Of a stretch of DNA of 15,022 nucleotides, positions 7,464-14,994 are shown one piece after another. Position numbers and translations under genes: made by a program. How positions within the stretch are numbered: the first letter of the stretch is position 1; each line of letters opens with the position of its first letter. The stretch comes from Elusimicrobiota bacterium. GTDB lineage: Bacteria; Elusimicrobiota; Elusimicrobia; Elusimicrobiales; UBA9959. Where the stretch lies: contig DAIENX010000021.1 in NCBI GenBank assembly GCA_027340875.1, positions 1-15,022 on the forward strand. The letters are read 5' to 3'. The notes under the pieces were generated by a model. The model ran no database searches. It worked only from the letters and a program-made list of their open reading frames with translations, and was not told the origin of the DNA.

Positions 7464-9197
7464 TCATTCTCTGCCCGAGGCTTTCAGCTCGGACATTATG
7501 CGGCTGTACTCCTGCAGCTGCTCCGGCGTCATCGCGCCGGACTTCAGCTCCTTCATGCGGCGCTCCAGCGCAAAGCGCTTCAGCATGCGCGCGGCCCCGG
7601 CGGCCGTCTGCGTCGATTGGCCGGAATCCGCGCCGAGGTCCGAAACGGCGAGCTGCATCACCAACGCGGCGTCCTCCGGCAGCGACGCCGACAGCCTTGC
7701 CGGCGCGTCCGCGCGCTCCTCCGGCGGCAGAGCCAGCAGCGCCGAATAGATCCTGCGCGCGGCCGGGCTGAAAAAAGTCTCGGGGGAGAGCCCGGCGGGG
7801 TTGTCCAGCAGGGAGGGCTCTCGCAGCAGCAGCTGCAGATAATCTCGCTCCAGCTGCGGCATCTCGGTCTGTCGTGGTTTCGGGGGTTCCGGTTGCCGGG
7901 GCAGAGCCACGGCGGCCTTGCGCAGCTGCTTCAGGACGGAGACCTCCTCCACGCCGAAGCGGGAGGCCAGCGTCTTGACCCATTCGCTCTTGAGTATCTC
8001 GTCGGTCTGGCGGGCCACGGTCTCCAGCAGCACGCCGATGGCCTGGGCCTTCTCCTGCGCCGTCGGGGTCGGTCTGGCCTTGAAGAAAAGGTTGATGCGG
8101 AACTCCAGCGGATCGGCGGCCTCCGCCAGGCGCTTCTCGAACTCGGCGCGGCCGTGTTCGTTGAGGTACTCGTCCGGGTCCAGGCCGCCGGCCAGGCTGG
8201 CCAGCCGCACGTAGAGGCCGGCCTCCATGAAGGTCTCGGCCGCCTTGACCGAGGCTTGTATGCCGGCGCGGTCGTCGTCGAACATCACCACGGTGTCCTT
8301 TGCGTAGCGCTTGACTATGCCGGAATGCTCCAGCGTCAGGTTGGTGCCCAGCGGAGCCACGGCCCAGTCGACGCCGTGCTGGTGCGCCCCTATGACGTCC
8401 ATGTACCCCTCTAGCAGCAGCAGGCGGCCGCTGCGGCGTATCTGCGGCAGGGCCTCGTGAAGTCCGTAGAGGGTCTTGCGCTTGGAGAACAGCGGCGTCT
8501 CCGGGGAGTTGAGGTACTTGGGCATCCCTTCCGGGTCCAGCACGCGGCCGCCGAAAGCGATCACGTCCCCGGACTGGCTCTTTATCGGGAAGATCACGCG
8601 GCCCCGGAACGTATCCGCGACTCTCCCGCCCTCGCGCTCGGTTATGAGCCCCGCCTTGAGCGCCAGGTCGCGGCTCCAGCCGGCCTTCTTCAGCTCGTCC
8701 ATCAGCGCCTTGCCGGTAGCCGGCGCCCAGCCGAGCTCGAACTTCTCCACGGTGGCCTTGCTGAGGCGGCGCTCGCCCAGGTAAAGCTTGGCCTTCTCCC
8801 CCGCGGGGGAGAAAAGCTGCTTGTGGTAGAAGGCCGCGGCGGCCTTCATGATCTTCTTGAGCTCCAGGCGCTCCCTGTCCTCCGGAGAGATCGGGTGGGC
8901 CTTCTCGTCGCCGTACTCCACTCCGGCCTTCTGGGCCAGCTTGCGCGCGGCTTCGGGGAACGTCAGCCCCTCTATGTCCATCACGAACTTGAAGATGTCA
9001 CCGCCGGTGCTGCAGCCGAAGCAGAAGAAGATCTTCTTGTCCGGGTTGACGGTGAAGGAGGGGGTCTTCTCGTTGTGGAACGGACAGTTGGCCTTGTAGT
9101 TGCGCCCGGCCCTCCTAAGGGACGGCACGTACTCCCGGACCACCTCTACGATGTCCAGTTTTTCCCTGATCAGCTCTATTATCGGCGAAGAACTCAT
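7464..9197 (-). CDS. dnaG: DNA primase
   Basis: Zn ribbon CPFH.EKTPSF...CFGC, FRGRVIFPI, FGGR, KYLNSPET, TOPRIM EGYMDV and FDDD.AG, DPD. Confidence 0.98.
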   Translation of the reverse strand: MSSSPIIELIREKLDIVEVVREYVPSLRRAGRNYKANCPFHNEKTPSFTVNPDKKIFFCFGCSTGGDIFKFVMDIEGLTFPEAARKLAQKAGVEYGDEKAHPISPEDRERLELKKIMKAAAAFYHKQLFSPAGEKAKLYLGERRLSKATVEKFELGWAPATGKALMDELKKAGWSRDLALKAGLITEREGGRVADTFRGRVIFPIKSQSGDVIAFGGRVLDPEGMPKYLNSPETPLFSKRKTLYGLHEALPQIRRSGRLLLLEGYMDVIGAHQHGVDWAVAPLGTNLTLEHSGIVKRYAKDTVVMFDDDRAGIQASVKAAETFMEAGLYVRLASLAGGLDPDEYLNEHGRAEFEKRLAEAADPLEFRINLFFKARPTPTAQEKAQAIGVLLETVARQTDEILKSEWVKTLASRFGVEEVSVLKQLRKAAVALPRQPEPPKPRQTEMPQLERDYLQLLLREPSLLDNPAGLSPETFFSPAARRIYSALLALPPEERADAPARLSASLPEDAALVMQLAVSDLGADSGQSTQTAAGAARMLKRFALERRMKELKSGAMTPEQLQEYSRIMSELKASGRE

Positions 9198-9240
9198 TAA
9201 TTAACAGAAAGACTTTACGCTGACGTTAGCGACGACAGGC

Positions 9241-9272
9241 AAAAAGCCGCGCGGACCGTGGCCCGCGCGGCT
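9241..9272 (-). terminator. Intrinsic terminator/attenuator between rpsU and dnaG
   Basis: Minus strand AGCCGCGCGG-gccacggt-CCGCGCGGCT-TTTT. Confidence 0.85.
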
Positions 9273-9289
9273 GATCGCGTGTTCGGCGC

Positions 9290-9481
9290 TTAGTAAGCCC
9301 TGCGGCCCCTGCGGACCTTGCGGCGGGCTTCCTGCGACTTTATCTTGCGCTTCATGCTCGGGGGCATGTAGTGCTCGCGGCGCTTTATCTCCTTGAGGAT
9401 GCCGTTGCGCTCGCAGTCGTGCTTGAAGCGCCGGAGCGCCTCTTCTATGCTCTCTTCGTCCCTTACTTTGACAAATACCAC
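9290..9481 (-). CDS. rpsU: 30S ribosomal protein bS21 (63 aa)
   Basis: V.VR..ESIEEALRRFK, EIKRREHY..PS. Start moved to GTG at 9481, which follows the SD-like AAGGTGGTGA. Confidence 0.96.
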   Translation of the reverse strand: MVFVKVRDEESIEEALRRFKHDCERNGILKEIKRREHYMPPSMKRKIKSQEARRKVRRGRRAY

Positions 9482-9527
9482 GCTGATCACCACCTTTAGG
9501 TATGCAGATTTAAATTTTCCCCGCTGT

Positions 9528-9869
9528 CTAGCCCGGGGGCCACAGCATCTTCCTGCCGCCCAGCAGGTGATAGTGCAGGTGGTCCACGGCCTGCCCGGCT
9601 CCCCTGCCGTTGTTAGTGACGAGGCGGAAGCCGCCCTCCACCTTCAGCAGCTTGGCCGTTCTTGCGGCCGCCAGCTGCAGCTTGCCTAGCAGCTCCGCGT
9701 CGGCGTCGGACACGGCCGAAAGCCTGTCTATATGACGGCGCGGGATAATAAGAACATGAGTGGGGGCCTGGGGGTTAAGGTCCAGGAAGGCCAGGATGTC
9801 GGGGTCCTCGTATACGACCTTCGAGTTCACCTCTCCGGACGCTATCTTGCAGAATATACAGTCCGCCAT
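9528..9869 (-). CDS. hinT: Histidine triad nucleotide-binding protein (HinT, purine nucleoside phosphoramidase)
   Basis: DCIFCKI, AFLDLNPQAPTHVLIIP, N.G..AGQ.V.HLHYHLLGGR. Confidence 0.96.
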   Translation of the reverse strand: MADCIFCKIASGEVNSKVVYEDPDILAFLDLNPQAPTHVLIIPRRHIDRLSAVSDADAELLGKLQLAAARTAKLLKVEGGFRLVTNNGRGAGQAVDHLHYHLLGGRKMLWPPG

Positions 9870-9877
9870 TCCCGTAT

Positions 9878-9907
9878 ATTTTATTATTTTATAGGGGGGG
9901 AGGGCAA
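9878..9907 (-). promoter_or_regulatory. Sigma70-type promoter of hinT (near-leaderless)
   Basis: TTGCCC (9907-9902), 18 nt, TAAAAT (9883-9878), 8 nt, ATG. Confidence 0.65.
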
Positions 9908-9915
9908 ATCTGCGG

Positions 9916-10503
9916 TCAGAAGCGGGACAACGGGAGCACTCGCTCCCCGAACTTGCCGGGGGTGCTTTCCAGCGGGTTGACCGACTTCCTGCTCCTGGTT
10001 ATCCGCAGGGGCCAGACGCCGGCTTTTCTGGCTTGTATGATGCCGGAATCGGAGGGGGAGGCGTAAAGGATGAATCTGCCCTTCTCAAGGGCGCGGTATT
10101 TGTCGTCCTCGCTGGAGGTGAAGCGGAACTCGTCGGCCAGCTTTCTCCAGGAGGCCTCCAGGCTGTCGGCCCCCTCCGGGCCCCGGTCCAGGAAGAGCGT
10201 TACCTTAACCCCCAGGGAGCGCAATAGCCAGGCCGTCAGCCAGGGCACCGGCTTGAGGCGCTCGAAGACGAACGAACGGTTGACCGAGTTCCAGTAGTCC
10301 GGACTCCCCGGCTGCAGCTTGTCCTTGGCCGCCGTCTGGAAGGCCGGGGTGGAATAGACCAGCCCGTCGTCGTATTCGAAGCCGGCGCGGAAGCCTATCA
10401 GCGTGTTTACGCTGAAGATGATGCCCCAGGCGCCGGCCAGCATGGCGAACGCGCGGAACCTTCCGAACCATCTGGCGAAGAAGTCCCGGAGGGCCTGGAA
10501 CAT
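9916..10503 (-). CDS. Class B acid phosphatase (AphA, HAD)-like protein with N-terminal membrane anchor; catalytic residues degenerate
   Basis: GFEYDDGLVYSTPAF aligns to AphA GFDIDDTVLFSSPGF. The C-terminus LYASPSDSGIIQARKAGVWPLRITRSRKS....PGKFGERVL..S.F aligns to [28 protein letters not shown]....AGAFGEEVI..S.Y. TGATG overlap with the upstream gene. Confidence 0.8.
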   Translation of the reverse strand: MFQALRDFFARWFGRFRAFAMLAGAWGIIFSVNTLIGFRAGFEYDDGLVYSTPAFQTAAKDKLQPGSPDYWNSVNRSFVFERLKPVPWLTAWLLRSLGVKVTLFLDRGPEGADSLEASWRKLADEFRFTSSEDDKYRALEKGRFILYASPSDSGIIQARKAGVWPLRITRSRKSVNPLESTPGKFGERVLPLSRF

Positions 10504-11951
10504 CAGTCCGCCGTTGCCCTAACGAGCCTGCCGCCGGCGGGCGGGCCGGTCACGCCCTGGCGCGCCAGGCACCAGCGTACGGCGTCCCGCACGCGGTGCT
10601 TAGAGTTCGCGAACTCCATCGCGCTCGAGAGCACCGGGTTGTCCCTGCCGCTGGCCAGCGAATCCGGGACTGCCAGATGGTATACCCTGCCCGGCACCAG
10701 GGGGCCGTTCTCGCCCTCGGTCTTCTCCAGAGCCTGGCCTCTGAGGTAAAGCTTCAGGCCGGAGACCGTTATGCCGTAGGGATGCAGGCCGTCGAGCGCC
10801 CGTTCCAGGTCCTCTCCGCGGATCTTGACGAAGACCAGGCTGGATTCGCGGGGGAAGGAGGAATAGAGGTGCCCGAGCGTGACCGGTCCGCTGGAGAGAG
10901 GGGCGGCCACCTCGTCGATGCCGATGATGGCGGCGTTGGTCCTGGCCCAGCGCCGCATGCAGTCGGCGGTGAAATCCGCGGCCGGATAGTCCCCGCCGGC
11001 CTGCAGCGGAAGAGGGGCGGAAAGGAAACCTATCTTCTTGCTGAAATGGGTCGCCGCCGCTTTGCGGTGCCTTTCCACGACCGTGAGCACGGCCGGAGAT
11101 TCGCCCAGCTTCGCGACGTCCAGCTCCACTTTCTTCAGCTTGACGTCAGTGACGCGGCCCGTGTCCGGATCGAGGTAGAGGGTTATCCTGGCGGCGTCCT
11201 TCATCCCGTGCCCGGCCCCGGCTATCCAGGCGCGCTTGACCTTGAACGGCTTTTTGATCGAGGGGTCGTCGGTGATGACCAGGTCGACCCTGGGCAGCTT
11301 GGAAAGGAATGTGCGGAAGTACTCCTGCCCGGCCGGGGCTGCGGGATTTATGTCCAGCAGCATTACTATTATCTGGGCGCCGGCTTCACGGAGAGAGTGT
11401 ATGGCCCTCTCCGCCTCGTAAGTTTCCTTCTCGAGCTTGTAGTTAGGGAGGTATTTCCGGGAGTTGGGCTTTTCCGGGGAATTTATCAGCAGTGAGAAGA
11501 AGCCCACCTTCCTGCCCCCGGCCTCTGAGACGCTCCAGCTCCTGAGGAAGTCCGGTTTGCGGTCGCTGCGGAGGTAGAGGTTGGACGCCAGCAGCGGGAT
11601 GGAGGCGGCTTCGGCGAGCCGCTCGAGCTCGTCGGGCGAGAGCGCCAGCTCTTCCATGCCGATGGCCGCGGCCGAATAGGGCACGGCGGCCGCGCATTCC
11701 GCCGCGGCCGTGCCGCCGGTCAGCCGGCCCTCCGGGGTGGCCGAGATCCAGTTCCCCAGGTCAACCGCCAGCTTCGGCTTCCGCTCCGAATCGTAAAGGT
11801 TCTTGAAGGCGGCGAAGCCGCCTCTGCCGTCCTCGGACCACAGCCGGCCCTGGGACCTGGCCGTGGCGAAGACCACCAGCTGCTCCTTCCTGCCGCAGCC
11901 GGCCAGCAGCAGGGCGGCCAGCAGCGCGGCGGGGATCGCTAATCGAGGCGT
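10503..11951 (-). CDS. 5'-nucleotidase-fold lipoprotein, catalytically degenerate; probable ACG start (482 aa)
   Basis: Colinear with the upstream paralogue (GGFAA, DLGN....TPEG, P.L..N.Y, AD.MRR, GE.L, VSGLK, GGR.VR). An in-frame lipoprotein signal (T)PRLAIPAALLAALLLAGC lies upstream of the GTG at 11876. The gene call is firm; the start is less certain. Confidence 0.82.
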   Translation of the reverse strand, partial: TPRLAIPAALLAALLLAGCGRKEQLVVFATARSQGRLWSEDGRGGFAAFKNLYDSERKPKLAVDLGNWISATPEGRLTGGTAAAECAAAVPYSAAAIGMEELALSPDELERLAEAASIPLLASNLYLRSDRKPDFLRSWSVSEAGGRKVGFFSLLINSPEKPNSRKYLPNYKLEKETYEAERAIHSLREAGAQIIVMLLDINPAAPAGQEYFRTFLSKLPRVDLVITDDPSIKKPFKVKRAWIAGAGHGMKDAARITLYLDPDTGRVTDVKLKKVELDVAKLGESPAVLTVVERHRKAAATHFSKKIGFLSAPLPLQAGGDYPAADFTADCMRRWARTNAAIIGIDEVAAPLSSGPVTLGHLYSSFPRESSLVFVKIRGEDLERALDGLHPYGITVSGLKLYLRGQALEKTEGENGPLVPGRVYHLAVPDSLASGRDNPVLSSAMEFANSKHRVRDAVRWCLARQGVTGPPAGGRLVRATAD

Positions 11952-13486
11952 ACTATCCTCCCTCCTTCGGGGCGGGACTTTATCGGATTGGACATGATGT
12001 CCTTGATCAGAAGGTCGCGTATCGGCAGCATCGTGTCTGCGGCGTTCTTGTCCTCCGAGAAGACCGCGCCGCCCGTTCCCCCGGTGGTGAGATAGTTGTT
12101 GGTGGCGACCTTGAACCTCTCGCCGTCCCCCACCGGCTTTCCGTCGCGCTCCAGCGTGATGTTGGCCGGATCGTCGGAGGGGGACCTGAAGGTCACTTTC
12201 AGTCCTGAGACCTGCAGCTTGGAAAATCCGCCGGGCAGGTTGGCCGCCATCAGGCGGCGCAGCTGCTCTCCGGTAAGCGTCAGCGTCACCAGCGTGTTCT
12301 CGAAAGGCATGACCTGGAAGATGTCGCGCATGCGGATGTCCCCTGCCTTCAGGTCGGAACGTATGCCGGGGGTGTTCTGGAACGCGACGTCCGCGCCGGA
12401 CTGCCTGCGCATCGCGTCGGTGAACCAGTTGCCTATGTCCGAGTCGAGGCCGGAGCGAGAGGAGCCCAGGTCCACTTCGGAGCGGCCTATCACCTTGCCC
12501 ATCTCCTTGTCCACCTTGGCGCTGAAGCCTTTAAGCGTCTGGACGACCTTCTGGTCCTCGCCGGTGACGTCGGTCCAGAGCGGGAGCAGCTCGTCGGAGT
12601 CCCCGGTCAGCTTGCCGGTCTTGTCGTCGAAGTTCAGCGAGATCCTGCTGACGTCTGTGAGTCCCCAGTAGCTTTCCGCTATCAGCGCGCCGCTGACCGG
12701 GTCGCGGTAGCCGCGCGTTATGCCGGCGTGGTTGTGGCCGCCTATCACCACGTCCGCTCCGGACGCCCGGGCTATCGCGAGCGTGCTGTCCGGCGGGATC
12801 TCGCCGTCATACGTCTTGCCGGTGAGGTCCTTTTTCCCGGAGAGGCCCAGGCCGAAGCCGGTATGGGAAAGCACTACGAGCGCGTCGGGTTTCTCGTTCT
12901 CGCGGATGATCCTGGCCCAGCGGGCGGCTTCCTGGCTCTCGTCCCGGAACTCCAGGTGCTTCACGTTGACCGGGAGCGTGGAGGTGGCGGTATGCTTGCC
13001 GGCTATGCCCAGCACCGCGATGCGTTTGCCCGCTACCGTGACCACCGTGTACGGCTTCAGGTAATCCGGGGCTTTTCCGGTCTCCTTCACGTAGACGTTC
13101 GCGCCCAGCCAGGGGAAGCTGGAGGCCTTTACCATGGTCCTGAGGCTGTCCTCGGTGTAGTCGTAGTCGTGGTTCCCGATGTCGCAGGCGGAGTAGCCGA
13201 GCTGGTTCATCATCGCGGCCGTCGCCATGCCCTTGGTAAGGGTCCCTTCCGGGGTGCCCTGGAAGGTGTCGCCGGAATCGAGCAGGATGTGCGGATTCTT
13301 GTCCGCGCTGACCAGCGCCGAGAGCGCCGCGAAGCCGCCGATGGTGCGGGTAGAATTCTCCTTGTCCCATTTGGCGGGGCGGGAGTAGTACCAGCCGTGC
13401 GCGTCGCTGGTGTGATAGATGTCCACGGTCAGCGACCACGCGGAGAGGGGCAGGGCGAGAAGCAGGGCGGTCAGCAGCTTTTTCAT
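11939..13486 (-). CDS. Secreted bifunctional metallophosphatase / 5'-nucleotidase (UshA-like), catalytically intact
   Basis: Signal peptide. Motifs HTSDAHG, DSGDTFQG, GNHDYD, LSH, GGHNH; C-domain N.PGIR, PFEN, ATNNYL. SD GGAG overlaps the upstream stop. Confidence 0.95.
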   Translation of the reverse strand: MKKLLTALLLALPLSAWSLTVDIYHTSDAHGWYYSRPAKWDKENSTRTIGGFAALSALVSADKNPHILLDSGDTFQGTPEGTLTKGMATAAMMNQLGYSACDIGNHDYDYTEDSLRTMVKASSFPWLGANVYVKETGKAPDYLKPYTVVTVAGKRIAVLGIAGKHTATSTLPVNVKHLEFRDESQEAARWARIIRENEKPDALVVLSHTGFGLGLSGKKDLTGKTYDGEIPPDSTLAIARASGADVVIGGHNHAGITRGYRDPVSGALIAESYWGLTDVSRISLNFDDKTGKLTGDSDELLPLWTDVTGEDQKVVQTLKGFSAKVDKEMGKVIGRSEVDLGSSRSGLDSDIGNWFTDAMRRQSGADVAFQNTPGIRSDLKAGDIRMRDIFQVMPFENTLVTLTLTGEQLRRLMAANLPGGFSKLQVSGLKVTFRSPSDDPANITLERDGKPVGDGERFKVATNNYLTTGGTGGAVFSEDKNAADTMLPIRDLLIKDIMSNPIKSRPEGGRIVRLD

Positions 13487-13495
13487 CAGGGGCTC

Positions 13496-14035
13496 CTAGA
13501 TAAGGTAAAGGGATCCGGCGCAGCGCTCCAGGGCTTCGAAGACGGAGTCGAGTCCGGAGTATATGCTACTAAATTTGAGATTTAGCGGGAAACTCGAGGG
13601 GGAACCGGCGGCCGCCGCGGCGGAAAGGGCCAGGGAGAGGGCCTTGCGGCCGGTGGCGCAGTGCGCCAGCAGCTCGGCCGAGGCGGCGGCCCTGCCGGAG
13701 CGCGAGAGCAGGCGGGGGGTCAGGGAGCAGGCCCGCTGCAGGTGCAGCAGGGCTTCCCGGCTGGGAGAGTCAGGACGGACCTGCAGCAGCGCCATGTCGG
13801 AAAAGGTCTTCTCCAGCCTGGCGGCGAAGTCGTCGGCGGCGGCCAGCGCGCGCCCGGCTTCCTGCGAGGAACCGGCCGCCCGGGCCGAGTCCAGTTCCTT
13901 CCTGAACGGCCGCAGCAGGGTGGGCGCGGCCGCCGGTTCCCTTTCCAGGTCGCCCAGCGCTTCGCCGCAGCCTGTGACGGTCCCGAGCGTGGCGCGCAGC
14001 CGCTTATCGGTGAGTCTAAGCAGGAAACTCCGCAT
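13496..14035 (-). CDS. Divergent DUF47/PhoU-like helical protein
   Basis: LKFSSIYSGLDSVFEALERCA resembles the DUF47 C-terminal IKWKEIYE.LE...D.CEDVA; ALAAADDFAARLEKT...MALLQV resembles L...LDD..D..E......LYKI. Has its own promoter and sits 9 nt from the next gene. Confidence 0.6.
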   Translation of the reverse strand: MRSFLLRLTDKRLRATLGTVTGCGEALGDLEREPAAAPTLLRPFRKELDSARAAGSSQEAGRALAAADDFAARLEKTFSDMALLQVRPDSPSREALLHLQRACSLTPRLLSRSGRAAASAELLAHCATGRKALSLALSAAAAAGSPSSFPLNLKFSSIYSGLDSVFEALERCAGSLYLI

Positions 14036-14042
14036 AATAGCG

Positions 14043-14072
14043 ATGATATTTAATTGCCGCCGTCCCGGTCAA
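14043..14072 (-). promoter_or_regulatory. Sigma70-type promoter of the four-gene operon (leaderless)
   Basis: TTGACC (14072-14067), 18 nt, TATCAT (14048-14043), 7 nt, ATG. Confidence 0.75.
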
Positions 14073-14081
14073 AGGCTGAAG

Positions 14082-14116
14082 AAAAAGCCGGGGGAGGCTT
14101 TGGGCCTCCCCCGGCT
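14082..14116 (-). terminator. Intrinsic terminator after rpsI
   Basis: Minus strand AGCCGGGGGAGGC-ccaaa-GCCTCCCCCGGCT-TTTT. Confidence 0.92.
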
Positions 14117-14136
14117 GGCAGTGCTCCGCGCTGGTA

Positions 14137-14535
14137 TTAGCGCTTGGAGAACTGGAAGCGCTTGCGGGCCTTCGGATGTCCGTACTTCTTGCGCTCGACC
14201 ATGCGGGGGTCGCGGGTGAGGAACCCGGCCTTCTTCATGGAGGAGTGGAAGCTGTCGCCGAGGCTGGCTATCGCGCGGGCGATGCCGTGGCGTATCGCGC
14301 CGGCCTGGCTGGAAACTCCGCCGCCGACCACCTTGACGACGCAGTCGAACTTCTGGTCCTTCGTCAGTTCGAACGGCGTGACGATGACGTGCTTGAGGCG
14401 GGGGTTGTTGCCGAAGTATTCCTCGGGGGTCTTCGCGTTGATGGTGATCTTGCCCTCGCCGTTCTGCGAAAGGCGTATCTGGGCTATGGAGGTCTTGCGG
14501 CGGCCGGTGGCCTGTATCAGATTCTTGTTTTCCAT
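14137..14535 (-). CDS. rpsI: 30S ribosomal protein uS9
   Basis: ATGRRKTS.A, V.GGG.S.QAGAIRHGIARA, LTRDPRMVERKKYG..KARKRFQFSKR; SD AAGGA. Confidence 0.99.
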   Translation of the reverse strand: MENKNLIQATGRRKTSIAQIRLSQNGEGKITINAKTPEEYFGNNPRLKHVIVTPFELTKDQKFDCVVKVVGGGVSSQAGAIRHGIARAIASLGDSFHSSMKKAGFLTRDPRMVERKKYGHPKARKRFQFSKR

Positions 14536-14559
14536 TTTTCTGTCTTCCTTAAGTATGGC

Positions 14560-14988
14560 TTAGGCGGTCTTCTTGACGCCGAACTGGGTCTGCGTGCCTG
14601 TGAAGATGCGCAGGCGCTTCATGCGCCTGGCGCGCATCTTGTTGTCGTCGAGCATGCGCTTGACTGCGAGCTCCAGCACCTTGGTCGAGTCCTGCTCCAT
14701 CTGCCTCTTGTAGGGGATGGTCTTCGCGCCGCCGGCGTAGCCGGAGTGGCGGAAGTAGAACTTGTCCTCGGCCTTGCTGCCGGTGATGCGGAGCTTGTCC
14801 GTGTTGGTCACTACTACGAAATCGCCGCAGTCGGTCTGGGGAGCGAAGTCGCGCTTGTGCTTGCCCATCAGTAGGACGGCTATCTTGGTGGAGAGCCGGC
14901 CCAGGACCTGGTCGGAAGCGTCTAGGAAATGCCATTTCCTGGTTTTTTCGGCCGTGTCGGCTTTGGGCAAAGTGGTTTTCTGTATCAT
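14560..14988 (-). CDS. rplM: 50S ribosomal protein uL13 (142 aa)
   Basis: RKW..LDA..VLGRL...A..L.GKHK, D.GDFVVV.N, HSGY.GG. ATG at 14988 is preferred over TTG at 15006, which lies in the promoter region. Confidence 0.97.
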   Translation of the reverse strand: MIQKTTLPKADTAEKTRKWHFLDASDQVLGRLSTKIAVLLMGKHKRDFAPQTDCGDFVVVTNTDKLRITGSKAEDKFYFRHSGYAGGAKTIPYKRQMEQDSTKVLELAVKRMLDDNKMRARRMKRLRIFTGTQTQFGVKKTA

Positions 14989-14994
14989 AGTCGT

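Noticed and set aside
9528..9869. hinT as a fifth member of the nucleotidase operon
   Set aside because: It has its own predicted promoter and hinT-rpsU adjacency is common. Read-through cannot be excluded because no terminator is seen at 9870-9915.
11939..12530. Programmed frameshift fusing the two nucleotidases (the second frame is open far into the first gene)
   Set aside because: No clear slippery site seen. The first gene is complete, and the second has its own SD and lipoprotein signal.
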